Assembly: GCA_038450185.1 (NCBI GenBank)
Contig: GCA_038450185.1_4765.1
Length of the DNA: 64,000 nucleotides
Reading direction: 5' to 3' (one strand)
DNA from: a phage
Shown here: positions 55,040 through 64,000 of the stretch, piece after piece
How the letters are laid out: each line of letters begins with the position of its first letter
Position numbering within the stretch: the stretch's first letter is position 1
Made by a program: the position numbers and the translations under genes
The notes under the pieces: model-generated
The model's database searches: none
What the model was told of the DNA's origin: nothing
Seen by the model: the letters and a program-made list of their open reading frames with translations, nothing else

Positions 55040-56863
55040 TTATGATTGCATCCAAATTTTGCGCTGATCTGCATCTTCACTATAGAGCAAATCGAATAGC
55101 TCTTTATAGTTTTCCGGTAACGTGATGATCTCCATGACAGGATCGTTGATCACGCGATGATAGTCGGATTCTGTGAGCGATGCTAAACCTTTGATATATC
55201 GAATGTTGTAACCTTTGATATTATCTCGGTCGTTCTCGAAATCTTCTAGGTCATAATACCATCGAACATCATCACCTTTCTTTGGTTCAGCAATGATAAT
55301 AGGTGTTTTGATAAACCGGATTCGTCCATCTTCAAACAATTCAGGCCAACGTGCAAAGAAAGAGATCAGACTAGGTTTAATAGACCCGATCCCGTCAGTA
55401 TCAGCGTCGGTCATAATCGCAATATTTTTGTATTGCATAACTTCCAATGCATCAACACCAAATTGCAAACCAGTGATCGCCATGATGTTAAAAATTTCGG
55501 CGTTCTTAACGATCTTTGCCTCTGGTTGTTCCCACGTTGTAAGAGTTTTACCTCGCAACGGGAAACCGCCATGTAAATCTTGATCACGTACAGAGATCAG
55601 ATAGTTGATCGCGGAATCACCTTCCGTCAAAAACAGGGTAGTTTCTGCGTCAGTTCCAATAAGGTTAGCTTTAACGTGTTTTGCTACCTTAGCCCGTTTC
55701 GCTGCTTTTGCTGCCTTAGTCGCTGCCGCTTTATCTGCTGCCTCTTTGCGTGCCAGGACTACAGCAATAATAGGCATGATAATGTTTTCTTTCTTCGCAA
55801 TGACTTTAGCCAGCTTTTTAAAATCAAGAACAATATGACGCTTGATATCACCAGTTGGGTTAGTCAAGCGTTCTTTTGTCTGTGAATCAAAGCGCAAGTT
55901 AGGCAATTCACGAACAATAAGAATACAGGTCAATCCAGACTTAACCGCAGCTTTAGTAACATCAACCTTATATTCTTTCTTGATTCGTTTTACAATCTCT
56001 TCACAAAGATCATCTGTCACATAATCAACGTGTGTTCCCCCGTTTTTGGTAAACAGACCATTAGCAAAGGATACTGATTTAAAACCTTCTCCCTCGACCG
56101 CCGGAACTAGAGCAAGTGAAAAGTTTTTATCTTCAATGACAAACGGATCATCATTGTATAGTTTAGCATAATCCTTGAACTTACTAACAATGCGTTTACC
56201 ATTAAACTTAAACGTGATCTTAGGAAAGATTACGCTCAATGATTGCAGACGATCATGAACAATATCTAAAACAGAGTTGTCCATCATATAACCTTCGAAG
56301 TGGTCGAAGTCTGGGCAAAATGTAACCTTTGTTCCCTTCAATTTTGATGGTTTTGATGACCATGTGATATTTTCAGCACCGTTTGTGCATTGAACGGTCA
56401 TTTCTGTTTCGCCGTCACAGGTCACACCAGTAAACCAATCGCTAAAGAAATTTGACAACGACGACCCCACACCGTTCATCCCTTGCGTTAATCGATTGGT
56501 ATCATCAAAGTTAGACCCTGCTTTTGTTCGTGTCCATGCGGCTACAGGTTGCGGAATCTGCGTACCCTCTGGGGTAGTAACCATATGTTGAGGAATACCG
56601 CGACCATTGTCTGTTACCGTAACAATATTGTTTTGGATATCGACGCTAATCACATTGGCAAATTCAAAATTAGTGCGGATCGCCTCGTCTACAGAGTTGT
56701 CGATGATCTCATCAATGATTTTAACCAGTCCAGGAACGTATGAAATTTTTGTCCATTTACCGAACAGGAAACGTTGATGTTCTTCGTAAGTTGTTGATCC
56801 TATATACATTCCTGCACGCTTAAGGACATGTTCACGATCAGATAAAATGCGAAACTCACTCAT
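55040..56863 (-). CDS. 39: DNA topoisomerase II large subunit (GyrB-like), single uninterrupted ORF
   Basis: 607 aa; GyrB-type ATPase and Toprim regions; no split gene 60 segment. Confidence 0.85.
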   Translation of the reverse strand: MSEFRILSDREHVLKRAGMYIGSTTYEEHQRFLFGKWTKISYVPGLVKIIDEIIDNSVDEAIRTNFEFANVISVDIQNNIVTVTDNGRGIPQHMVTTPEGTQIPQPVAAWTRTKAGSNFDDTNRLTQGMNGVGSSLSNFFSDWFTGVTCDGETEMTVQCTNGAENITWSSKPSKLKGTKVTFCPDFDHFEGYMMDNSVLDIVHDRLQSLSVIFPKITFKFNGKRIVSKFKDYAKLYNDDPFVIEDKNFSLALVPAVEGEGFKSVSFANGLFTKNGGTHVDYVTDDLCEEIVKRIKKEYKVDVTKAAVKSGLTCILIVRELPNLRFDSQTKERLTNPTGDIKRHIVLDFKKLAKVIAKKENIIMPIIAVVLARKEAADKAAATKAAKAAKRAKVAKHVKANLIGTDAETTLFLTEGDSAINYLISVRDQDLHGGFPLRGKTLTTWEQPEAKIVKNAEIFNIMAITGLQFGVDALEVMQYKNIAIMTDADTDGIGSIKPSLISFFARWPELFEDGRIRFIKTPIIIAEPKKGDDVRWYYDLEDFENDRDNIKGYNIRYIKGLASLTESDYHRVINDPVMEIITLPENYKELFDLLYSEDADQRKIWMQS

Positions 56864-56962
56864 TATTAAACCTCTTCATAACATAACCATAACTTACTGC
56901 AACCGCCACAAAGACGGCTGCAACAATCATATTAAAAATTGAGTGATTGTCAAGTATATGAC

Positions 56963-57136
56963 TCATGACACGCGCACATTTTTATCATAGTACCCGCCAT
57001 TAATCCCGCGCGGGGCAGTTAATCCCTGTTTGCATTCTTTACCACATTCAGGGCATTCTGCCTTTTCACGCTCGGAAATTTTGCGGATTTTCTGAAATTG
57101 ACCGTGTTCTTCACAAGAATAATCGTATAATGGCAT
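56963..57136 (-). CDS. FmdB-like zinc-ribbon protein (57 aa)
   Basis: MPLYDYSCEEHGQFQ...CPECGK pattern; trimmed to internal ATG. Confidence 0.4.
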   Translation of the reverse strand: MPLYDYSCEEHGQFQKIRKISEREKAECPECGKECKQGLTAPRGINGGYYDKNVRVS

Positions 57137-57137
57137 A

Positions 57138-57806
57138 TTATCCCCTTTGTTTCTTAACTGAATTTGGATCTGGATTTTCTGGTAGGTCTTCCAGACCCAT
57201 AGCATAACGTTGTGCATAGATTAGCATAAGAATATCGCGAGCGCAATCATGAATTGCATCATGTGCGATAAAACCATCTAGCGTACCCATTGGTAACGGA
57301 CACTCACACATCCCGCGATGCATCAATGTACGCTCAATGGCGGTGCGAACATCTCGGATGTTCCAGAATCGCACAGGTTCAAGATTGAACGTCTCTCGTG
57401 TATTGTGTGCACAGCGGATCATATCAACTAGTAACGGAATATCAAACGCATTACCGCGTGACCACATTACGGATTTAACCGGATCTACCCCTACGGCTTC
57501 ACAGAATGCGTTAAAACGCGCTAAACCTTCTTTAGTTGATACTTCCGTACCATTTGTGATTAATTGCTTTCTCATACCTTCTGAGGCGGTATTCTTCCAC
57601 CATTCAACCACACCATGATCAAACACCCTTACACCTTTCTGGGAAGGAATATCAAATTTTACCAGAAAGGAATTGTCGACCAGTTCTTTAAATGTAGGTG
57701 GATTGTGCGGATCTTCTTTAAATCCGATTGCCGCCATATTGATAACCGCCCCATCGGGCGGATAACCTAAACTTTCAAAGTCAATCATTAAATCCACTGG
57801 AAGCAT
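57138..57806 (-). CDS. dexA: exonuclease A (DnaQ-like 3'-5' exonuclease)
   Basis: IDFESLGY, KFDIPSQKG, EWWKN, LEPVRFWNIRD, CPLPMGTLDGFIAHDAIHDCARDILM, YAMGLEDLP match T4 DexA. Confidence 0.75.
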   Translation of the reverse strand: MLPVDLMIDFESLGYPPDGAVINMAAIGFKEDPHNPPTFKELVDNSFLVKFDIPSQKGVRVFDHGVVEWWKNTASEGMRKQLITNGTEVSTKEGLARFNAFCEAVGVDPVKSVMWSRGNAFDIPLLVDMIRCAHNTRETFNLEPVRFWNIRDVRTAIERTLMHRGMCECPLPMGTLDGFIAHDAIHDCARDILMLIYAQRYAMGLEDLPENPDPNSVKKQRG

Positions 57807-57807
57807 T

Positions 57808-58050
57808 TTAAATATCCTCCGCGATATGCCGGAACAACTCCAGATCGTTTTTATCCAGAATGAAACCGCTACAATCAATAATCCCGTTACCGTAATTATC
57901 GGTTAACAGTCGTTCCGTTGCCATGTATGCGCGTACTTTGTTGTTAAAATTCATTACATGTTGTGCATAGTCACAATGAATCTTTTGACGGTTCCACGCG
58001 ACAATTGATTGTAGATGTATTACATTAGCCACATTATTAATAACAACCAT
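57808..58050 (-). CDS. hypothetical small protein
   Basis: Internal ATG inside the repeated RBS element. Confidence 0.35.
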   Translation of the reverse strand: MVVINNVANVIHLQSIVAWNRQKIHCDYAQHVMNFNNKVRAYMATERLLTDNYGNGIIDCSGFILDKNDLELFRHIAEDI

Positions 58051-58292
58051 ATCAAAACCCTCGCTTAGTGGAATGTTCTGGCATTTTATTGATACATTCA
58101 GCTTGGTCGTCACGAGATTTTTTTGACGAATTAAGAGCTACAGCCAAAAAATCCTGTAACTGTTCGTTTGTCATTTTTGGCTTACACCGCGTATCTAAAC
58201 CCTTCGTTCTTCTAGCTTCATTAGCCATATCAAAACCCTCGCTTAGTGAAATGCTCGATCATTTTATTGATACATGCAGCTTCACTATCGCC
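58046..58292 (-). repeat. two copies of an about 65-bp direct repeat spaced about 180 bp apart
   Basis: CATATCAAAACCCTCGCTTAGTG.AATG.TC...CATTTTATTGATACAT.CAGCTT at about 58046 and 58226; on the minus strand each spans a conserved C-terminus, stop, and RBS-ATG of the next small ORF. Confidence 0.6.
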
Positions 58293-58407
58293 GGACACGT
58301 TCCAGCCGTATAGACCCCATCTAAAGCACATGGTAACAGTTCCATTGTGACGGCTTACCGTCACATCATTAAATTCTGGGATACTTCGCATAATCATAAT
58401 AATTTCC

Positions 58408-59799
58408 TCAAATATAGTCTACTCGATACCGCGCACGGGTAACACCCACATATAATAACTGCATTGCCAATTCAAAGTCAACATTGTCTGTACACATGCA
58501 AGGAGTATACAGGAACACGCGGTCTACGCTGATCCCTTGTGACTTATGAATGGTGCAAGCTGGTAATGCTTTTACATTCAAGAACATACGCTTCATCGTC
58601 CAGAAGGAATCCCAATCTGGTTTAAATTTTGGATTCTCTTTCTTCATTTCGCGATATTGTCCGGCGACCGTATTCAGATAGATAGAGAAAATGTTCTTCT
58701 GACGTTGTTCTGTCAGAATGTTGATTTCTACTAAATCTGGTTTATCTGTAGTGATTCCGACTGCATCTAAACCGACTTTCTGATTTAGGATTTCTTTGTC
58801 TTCGTCATCATCGACGCTTTCCACTTTCAGAGTATAGCCTAAAACTGGTTGCGGATCTACCCCCGTGCAACGTAATGTAAATTCGCGCGGGATGACCTCT
58901 TTAACTCGGATCATCTCACCATTGTTAAAAATAACATTGGGAATCTTCTTCCCGCGTTCATCTCGCAGATATTCGATCAATGGTTCCTGAGTAACCAGAA
59001 TTTCATCTACAATCACTGGTTCATCGGTGTTATAAACGCGCTTACGCACAATTTCATTGAGTTTTTCGACGCTCTTGTTAGTGTAGGCCAGAATACGGTT
59101 TTCTAGCAGGTCTTCCGGCGTTTTAACGGTTTCGAAATAATGCTTCATAAACTCCGGCAGAGTTGAGCTATGGAATACACCCTCGTTGCCGCACTGCTTT
59201 TCGAATACCCATTTACCATTACGGACAGCGGTCGCCACATCAATGATCGGTGCATTAGATCGTTTAATTTCTGTCAACTCCACGTTTTGAAAATTTTCAT
59301 CCGTGAAGAAAGGAGAGATCGACGTTGCACCGCTCGGATCAACTGGTCGTAACTGGTGCGGATCGCCAACTGCAATAACAACAATTCGACCGTTGATACT
59401 CTTCATGAGAATATCAAATAGTTTCTTATCGACCATACTCGCTTCATCAACAATGATGATCTGAACATCATCTAGCTTAGGAGTATCTTTTTGTTCAAAT
59501 ACTTGAGTATCTTCATAGTTGGTTGGATTTAGTCGCAGTAGTGCATGTAAAGTAAATGCTTGACGACCTACCGCCTTACTCAAAACTTTTTTAGCCTGGT
59601 GGGTAGGCGTTGCCAAAACCACACCAGTTACACCACGGCGGACCATTTCCTGAACAATGAATTTCATCATTGCGGTTTTACCAGTACCCGCCGCACCACG
59701 GACAGTTGTATGCTTCTTTTGTTCAATACGTTTCATTAGAACATCAAAAGCATGTTTTTGCCCGTCTGTTAACATATCGAAAGTTAATACTCTGCTCAT
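58408..59799 (-). CDS. dda: Dda DNA helicase (SF1)
   Basis: Walker A GAAGTGKT; N-terminus LTDGQKHAFDVLMKRIEQKKH matches T4 Dda. Confidence 0.85.
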   Translation of the reverse strand: MSRVLTFDMLTDGQKHAFDVLMKRIEQKKHTTVRGAAGTGKTAMMKFIVQEMVRRGVTGVVLATPTHQAKKVLSKAVGRQAFTLHALLRLNPTNYEDTQVFEQKDTPKLDDVQIIIVDEASMVDKKLFDILMKSINGRIVVIAVGDPHQLRPVDPSGATSISPFFTDENFQNVELTEIKRSNAPIIDVATAVRNGKWVFEKQCGNEGVFHSSTLPEFMKHYFETVKTPEDLLENRILAYTNKSVEKLNEIVRKRVYNTDEPVIVDEILVTQEPLIEYLRDERGKKIPNVIFNNGEMIRVKEVIPREFTLRCTGVDPQPVLGYTLKVESVDDDEDKEILNQKVGLDAVGITTDKPDLVEINILTEQRQKNIFSIYLNTVAGQYREMKKENPKFKPDWDSFWTMKRMFLNVKALPACTIHKSQGISVDRVFLYTPCMCTDNVDFELAMQLLYVGVTRARYRVDYI

Positions 59800-60149
59800 T
59801 ATCCTAAAATCCTCACCTTGCGAACACAGATAGTATTGAGTTCTCGCCGTACCCGTTCTTTTTCATATTCAGGAATTTTATATTCGATACCATCCCGAAC
59901 AATTTCAGAAGACCGGATTATGCCAAATTTTCGTTTAGGTACAACCTTGTATTTCGGTTCACCCGCCAATAGACTCTCACAATAATCTATCTGATCACAC
60001 ATTGACGCTAACGCAGCATCATGTGTTTCGCAAGTTAGGACGCGACCCTTCGCGTCCACTGAGTATTGAAAGAATCCGTCTTTATCACGATAACATACAG
60101 CAAATACATGCATTATAAACCTACCTTCGCTTTCATCAATTCGATCCAC
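59799..60149 (-). CDS. hypothetical protein
   Basis: ORF between srd and dda; start may be the internal Met. Confidence 0.4.
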   Translation of the reverse strand: MDRIDESEGRFIMHVFAVCYRDKDGFFQYSVDAKGRVLTCETHDAALASMCDQIDYCESLLAGEPKYKVVPKRKFGIIRSSEIVRDGIEYKIPEYEKERVRRELNTICVRKVRILG

Positions 60150-60868
60150 GACGCATCAATCGGAAGCCCGTATTTCACGCGTTCTTTTTGTGCTGGCGTT
60201 AAGTTCTCATACTTAGAAAGAGATTCAATCAAAACGCTGGTATATTTTAGCACGATTTCGGTATTGTTTGCAATAGCCTTAAGTTTTTCTTCTTTCTTGT
60301 TGATTTCGCTAAGGGCTTGCTTGAGATCTGCAATTTTCTGATAACGTTCTTCCATACGTAAGAGAGTATTTTTAATCGCTCGCTCGGCTGCCTCTGCTTT
60401 CTCCGGTTCGTTGTGCTTTTTGTGGCGCTCTATTGCTAATTTCTTTTCTTCGATTGCCATTTCCTGATTTTTGATGCGATTCTCGTTAAGTTCGATCCAC
60501 TCGATGTACTTCGCACGTAGGGCAATTTCATCATCAGAAAGTTTACCGTTAGTTCCTAGTTCCTGGATCTCTTTAAGAGATTCGATAGTGTGATTGCCAC
60601 GGAAAGAATTGTATTTCAGTTTAACCGGAATTACATTGCCATCAACATATCCCAGATTGCAATCAATGCGCTCTAAGGAGAGTCCGTCATCACCTTCACC
60701 GAAAGCCTCACCTGAATAGGCACAATGAGTCTGGCGGTAAATGTTACGCACAGTGACTAAGCTCATAGAGAAGTCTTTGTTGCGACGTGAAGCACCAGCC
60801 ATGATAGAGTTCAGCCGGAAAACAACCAGCGCCAATTCTTCGTTAGATTTAAAAGCAAACAGTTTCAT
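60113..60868 (-). CDS. srd: Srd-like protein
   Basis: 251 aa at the T4-syntenic position between dda and the Mod-like gene; identity is from position and size only. Confidence 0.45.
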   Translation of the reverse strand: MKLFAFKSNEELALVVFRLNSIMAGASRRNKDFSMSLVTVRNIYRQTHCAYSGEAFGEGDDGLSLERIDCNLGYVDGNVIPVKLKYNSFRGNHTIESLKEIQELGTNGKLSDDEIALRAKYIEWIELNENRIKNQEMAIEEKKLAIERHKKHNEPEKAEAAERAIKNTLLRMEERYQKIADLKQALSEINKKEEKLKAIANNTEIVLKYTSVLIESLSKYENLTPAQKERVKYGLPIDASWIELMKAKVGL

Positions 60869-60929
60869 AATTGATTCTCCTTAGTTGGTATGTGTGTATT
60901 ATTGTCTATCTGGTTTGTGCTGTCAACAC

Positions 60930-61433
60930 TTAAATTAAAGAAAATTTGTAAATCTCTATCAGATCGCCATTACACGCGTAAACTTCCTCGATCTCATCAA
61001 GGATCATGGTCGTCCCTGTCTTGTATATGCACTCGCGCTCATCTGCCAACATAGCATACAAAGACAGTCGAGTAGTCGGATTGTCATACTCTTTAGACAC
61101 CACTCGGTCAATAGCATGTTCGTAATAATTCATGCAAGGCTTGGTAGGTTTTATTGCAATAATCTTTCCTGTTGCATAAACATCGGTTGCAAAGTCCTCT
61201 GCTGTTGATTGCAGTGGCGTAAAGCTCATAGGACGCTCTACAACGAAAGAATCGCCTACAATTAAGGTATCCAGCTTACGGCCTTCTCTTTTGCTCACAC
61301 CGCGATACAAGGCTTCATGATGCACTAACCGCTCAGTCTTTTCAATCAATCCATTAAGGATCGACATATCGATATTTTCTTTAGAGTTCATCACCTCATC
61401 AATGATGTTAAGTTCTTCTGGTGTAAATTGCAT
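60930..61433 (-). CDS. ADP-ribosyltransferase, ModA/ModB-like
   Basis: ALYRGVS, SFTPLQSTAED and ADERECIYKTG motifs parallel to the Alt-like proteins; 167 aa. Confidence 0.5.
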   Translation of the reverse strand: MQFTPEELNIIDEVMNSKENIDMSILNGLIEKTERLVHHEALYRGVSKREGRKLDTLIVGDSFVVERPMSFTPLQSTAEDFATDVYATGKIIAIKPTKPCMNYYEHAIDRVVSKEYDNPTTRLSLYAMLADERECIYKTGTTMILDEIEEVYACNGDLIEIYKFSLI

Positions 61434-61444
61434 AATAAAAAAGC

Positions 61445-61468
61445 CTCCAATCTTTCGACGGGAGGCAT
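61445..61468 (-). terminator. hairpin terminator
   Basis: GCCTCC-loop-GGAGGC then T6 on the minus strand. Confidence 0.5.
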
Positions 61469-61502
61469 AATAAAACCATTATAGAGTAGTGTCAACTAAT
61501 TT

Positions 61503-62027
61503 TTAGTAGCCGCGTTCTTGACGGGCGAAGTTTTCAGCATTTTTCAGATAGTACAGAATAAAGAGTTCTTGAGCGTCAATACCCAGCGGGATCATCTTTG
61601 ACAGAATGAAGTGGATCGCGTCCACAAATTCAAATTTCACTTCAAGCTGATCTTCCGGTGACAGTTCAGAGAATTTACGCGCTCGCGCTTCCCCGTGGTT
61701 CTTTTTCCACATTTTCCAGATTGCACTTGCATCTTTACCATTGGACATTCCACCCAGAGATGTGTAAAGCTCTCGTGTTTCGTCTGCGATAGCGTCATCC
61801 ATCCGTTGCATCCAATCCAGCATTTCACCGCAAGTCTCTAGCTTAGTTGGATTTGGGACCCAATCAAATTTTTCGGATAATGCAACCTGCAAACCAGTTT
61901 GCATTTCGAGCATCACCTGAAACGGATCTTTACCTTCTGCAATCGCGTGATGATATGCGGCGATAGCCGCGTTAATATCTTTTTCGTTAACCAGACCAGC
62001 ACAAGAATTAAATTCTGACATATTCAC
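61503..62027 (-). CDS. putative dCTP pyrophosphatase (gp56-like, MazG-type)
   Basis: 174 aa (T4 gp56 about 171) adjacent to primase; identity is inferred from size and position. Confidence 0.4.
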   Translation of the reverse strand: MNMSEFNSCAGLVNEKDINAAIAAYHHAIAEGKDPFQVMLEMQTGLQVALSEKFDWVPNPTKLETCGEMLDWMQRMDDAIADETRELYTSLGGMSNGKDASAIWKMWKKNHGEARARKFSELSPEDQLEVKFEFVDAIHFILSKMIPLGIDAQELFILYYLKNAENFARQERGY

Positions 62028-62035
62028 CTCATTAA

Positions 62036-63064
62036 TTAAAATTTACAATATTTCATAAACCGCATTTTAGCCATCAGACCTTGTACGGTGTTCTCTTTGA
62101 TATATTCCATGATCTGGTCGCGTGTAGCGCCCTCGTCCTGAATCATGGCGTTAACGTCTTTAGAATGCCACGGGCAGCGATCCCACAAAACAATCTTTTC
62201 CCCTGCATTGATAAACTTTTCCAGTCGGTGCATTGTATCGGCAGACCGTGGTTCCGCATCAAGTACAAACACTCGCTGATCAGGGAAAGGAATTTCATCT
62301 AATCCCAAAGTACCGCCAGTAATTGCACACCCGTTATCAATAAACAATGAATCGATCGGACCTTCTAAGAAATACACAGGTTTACTCGGATCGGCGCGTT
62401 CAAGACCATAGACCTTACTCGCTAACTCATGAGTTTTAATCGTCATATATTTGGTCTTTCCGTAATCCTTTCTCAATGCTCGCCCCTGAATGGATTCTAT
62501 CTTGTTCTCGCGGTTAAAGATAGGAATCACTAAACGCGGTTCAGGTTGTGGATTCTTGAAAGTATCAGCCTTAATGTGATTTGCTACCTTTTGCCATTCT
62601 CTCGTGAAATACAGAAGATCCCATTTATCGTGAGGAATACAGCGATCACTGACATACTTTATTATAGGATGATTAGCCGGAAGAGTATCTAATCTCTCGC
62701 AGAAAGGCAATGTTTGCACTTTCTTAATCTCCGGCTTTTCTACCTTTTTCAGTGGCTTGAACGTGGTGTTCTTGTGGTCGCCTTGTTCCTTCCGTCTCTC
62801 CATAAGCCATTCCCTGAATAGGTCCGGCTTATACTGTTTGAGAAATTCACCTAACGGCTGATTGTAGTTACAGTTGAAACAACCACAACGCAAACTATCT
62901 TTATAGGTATAGATACGGAATCGCGCTTGAGTATGATTTTTCTTTGAGTCACCGCAGATCGGACAACTACAGACCAGCGTAAATGAGCTAGTATGCAACC
63001 GTTTAAAATTTCGTTCGCCGTATATGGCTTTTTCCGCTATTTCATAATCTGCGTAGTAAATCAT
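62036..63064 (-). CDS. 61: DNA primase
   Basis: 342 aa, same as T4 gp61; zinc ribbon CSCPICGDS..CGCFNC; Toprim-like YFLEGPIDSLFIDNG. Confidence 0.75.
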   Translation of the reverse strand: MIYYADYEIAEKAIYGERNFKRLHTSSFTLVCSCPICGDSKKNHTQARFRIYTYKDSLRCGCFNCNYNQPLGEFLKQYKPDLFREWLMERRKEQGDHKNTTFKPLKKVEKPEIKKVQTLPFCERLDTLPANHPIIKYVSDRCIPHDKWDLLYFTREWQKVANHIKADTFKNPQPEPRLVIPIFNRENKIESIQGRALRKDYGKTKYMTIKTHELASKVYGLERADPSKPVYFLEGPIDSLFIDNGCAITGGTLGLDEIPFPDQRVFVLDAEPRSADTMHRLEKFINAGEKIVLWDRCPWHSKDVNAMIQDEGATRDQIMEYIKENTVQGLMAKMRFMKYCKF

Positions 63065-63073
63065 AATAACCTC

Positions 63074-63277
63074 TTATAGCTCAAATTTCATGAAAGTTCC
63101 TACACTTTCATTTTCATTCTCTCCGTTTTCATCTAAGCCAAATTTGTAGACACTACCATCTGGCGATGTGTAAGAGAATACACGAAAACGGCCTACCGAA
63201 TCAAGTTCTGTAAATTCATATTCTTTTCCGGCTTCAAAAAGTGCATATGTGCTTTTAAGACATTTCATCGTAATCAT
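63074..63277 (-). CDS. hypothetical small protein (67 aa)
   Basis: ORF upstream of primase. Confidence 0.35.
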   Translation of the reverse strand: MITMKCLKSTYALFEAGKEYEFTELDSVGRFRVFSYTSPDGSVYKFGLDENGENENESVGTFMKFEL

Positions 63278-63597
63278 TTAAGCGCCACCGACAACAGAAT
63301 GAGAACTACACCAACATACATTGTGATCTCGGATAACTTTTCTGTTTTTGTTTTGTGTCCAGATAATCCGAAAACAACAACACCGATAATAGCGGACAGC
63401 AAGCCAACGATAAACATGATGATACTAAGCACCGTCTTTCTCCTTTTTGCGTTTTTCTTTACCCGCTACACTAGGTCCACGATTGGTAATAGATCCGCTC
63501 GTTTCACCTGCTGCGATCTTCTCAGGATTGCCGCCAGCATCGCCAGCGGTCATATCTTCTTTGAGTTTATTTTCTTCAACAAACTGTTTAAAGCCAA

Positions 63598-63975
63598 TCA
63601 TAGAATAATCTCTTTCAGTAAGTCAACAATCTGGTCTTTCGTCAGTTTATCCTGATTCTCTACAATCTTGATAACACAAGCGTTAACATCTTTTCGAGTA
63701 ACGCGGGAGATCGTTTTAATACGATGAAACGGTTCGTAGAAATATACTGCTTCATTATAGAGCGCAGCAATTTTTCGACGCATTTGATCTTTATCCGACA
63801 AGAAAACAAGTGCTGTTTTATGACCTTCTACACCCGCCACGTTATATAGTTCAGCAACACCCCAGCGACCTTCCGGTTCAATCATTCCGGCGTGTTTACC
63901 GTCGATAAAAATAAGAATATCTCCGTTGAATGCGGTTTTGAATGCTACATCTTCCGGCGTAATCATATTTTTCAT
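63598..63975 (-). CDS. hypothetical protein (125 aa)
   Basis: ATG-initiated ORF near window end. Confidence 0.4.
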   Translation of the reverse strand: MKNMITPEDVAFKTAFNGDILIFIDGKHAGMIEPEGRWGVAELYNVAGVEGHKTALVFLSDKDQMRRKIAALYNEAVYFYEPFHRIKTISRVTRKDVNACVIKIVENQDKLTKDQIVDLLKEIIL

Positions 63976-64000
63976 AATATAGTCTCCTTAGAGTTTCATT

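Noticed and set aside
63299-63655. Plus-strand 118-aa ORF near the window end
   Set aside because: Region is better explained by two short minus-strand ORFs (about 58 aa and about 47 aa, the latter a two-helix membrane peptide); the plus ORF has no start context
1-64000. tRNA genes, CRISPR arrays, integrase or transposase
   Set aside because: No cloverleaf-like structures, spaced direct-repeat arrays or recombinase motifs recognised by eye; the T4 tRNA cluster lies in a different genome region

Overview
This 64-kb window reads as a contiguous piece of a T4-like (T-even type) myovirus genome, with gene order largely syntenic to phage T4. Calls rest on motif reading and recalled T4 protein sequences; no database search was run. 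Minus strand, 0.1-32.5 kb: early/middle genes alt, DNA ligase (30), 31, cd, pseT, a spanin pair, rnlA, denA, nrdB, nrdA, td, frd, 32, 59, 33, dsbA and rnh. Plus strand, 32.5-43.1 kb: late long-tail-fibre genes 34-35-36-37 and holin t. Minus strand, 43-64 kb: 52, rIIB, rIIA, a single-ORF gp39, dexA, dda, srd, a Mod-like ADP-ribosyltransferase, a gp56-like protein and primase 61. The intervals between these core genes hold many small ORFs, most behind their own TTGACA/TATAAT promoter and followed by hairpin terminators. Accessory content not expected from T4 includes a translationally coupled operon with a DUF262 protein and a compact C5-methyltransferase-like protein, a six-member small-protein paralog array, a NADAR-like protein, a CYTH-like protein, a T5orf172-like protein with three tandem Cys-rich repeats, HNH endonucleases, and a secreted LprI-like protein. 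No rRNA, tRNA, CRISPR array or integrase was recognised. Several track ORFs begin at upstream GTG/TTG codons that run across a promoter; those were trimmed to the internal ATG. Positions of promoters, terminators and ORFs not in the track are approximate (a few nt).
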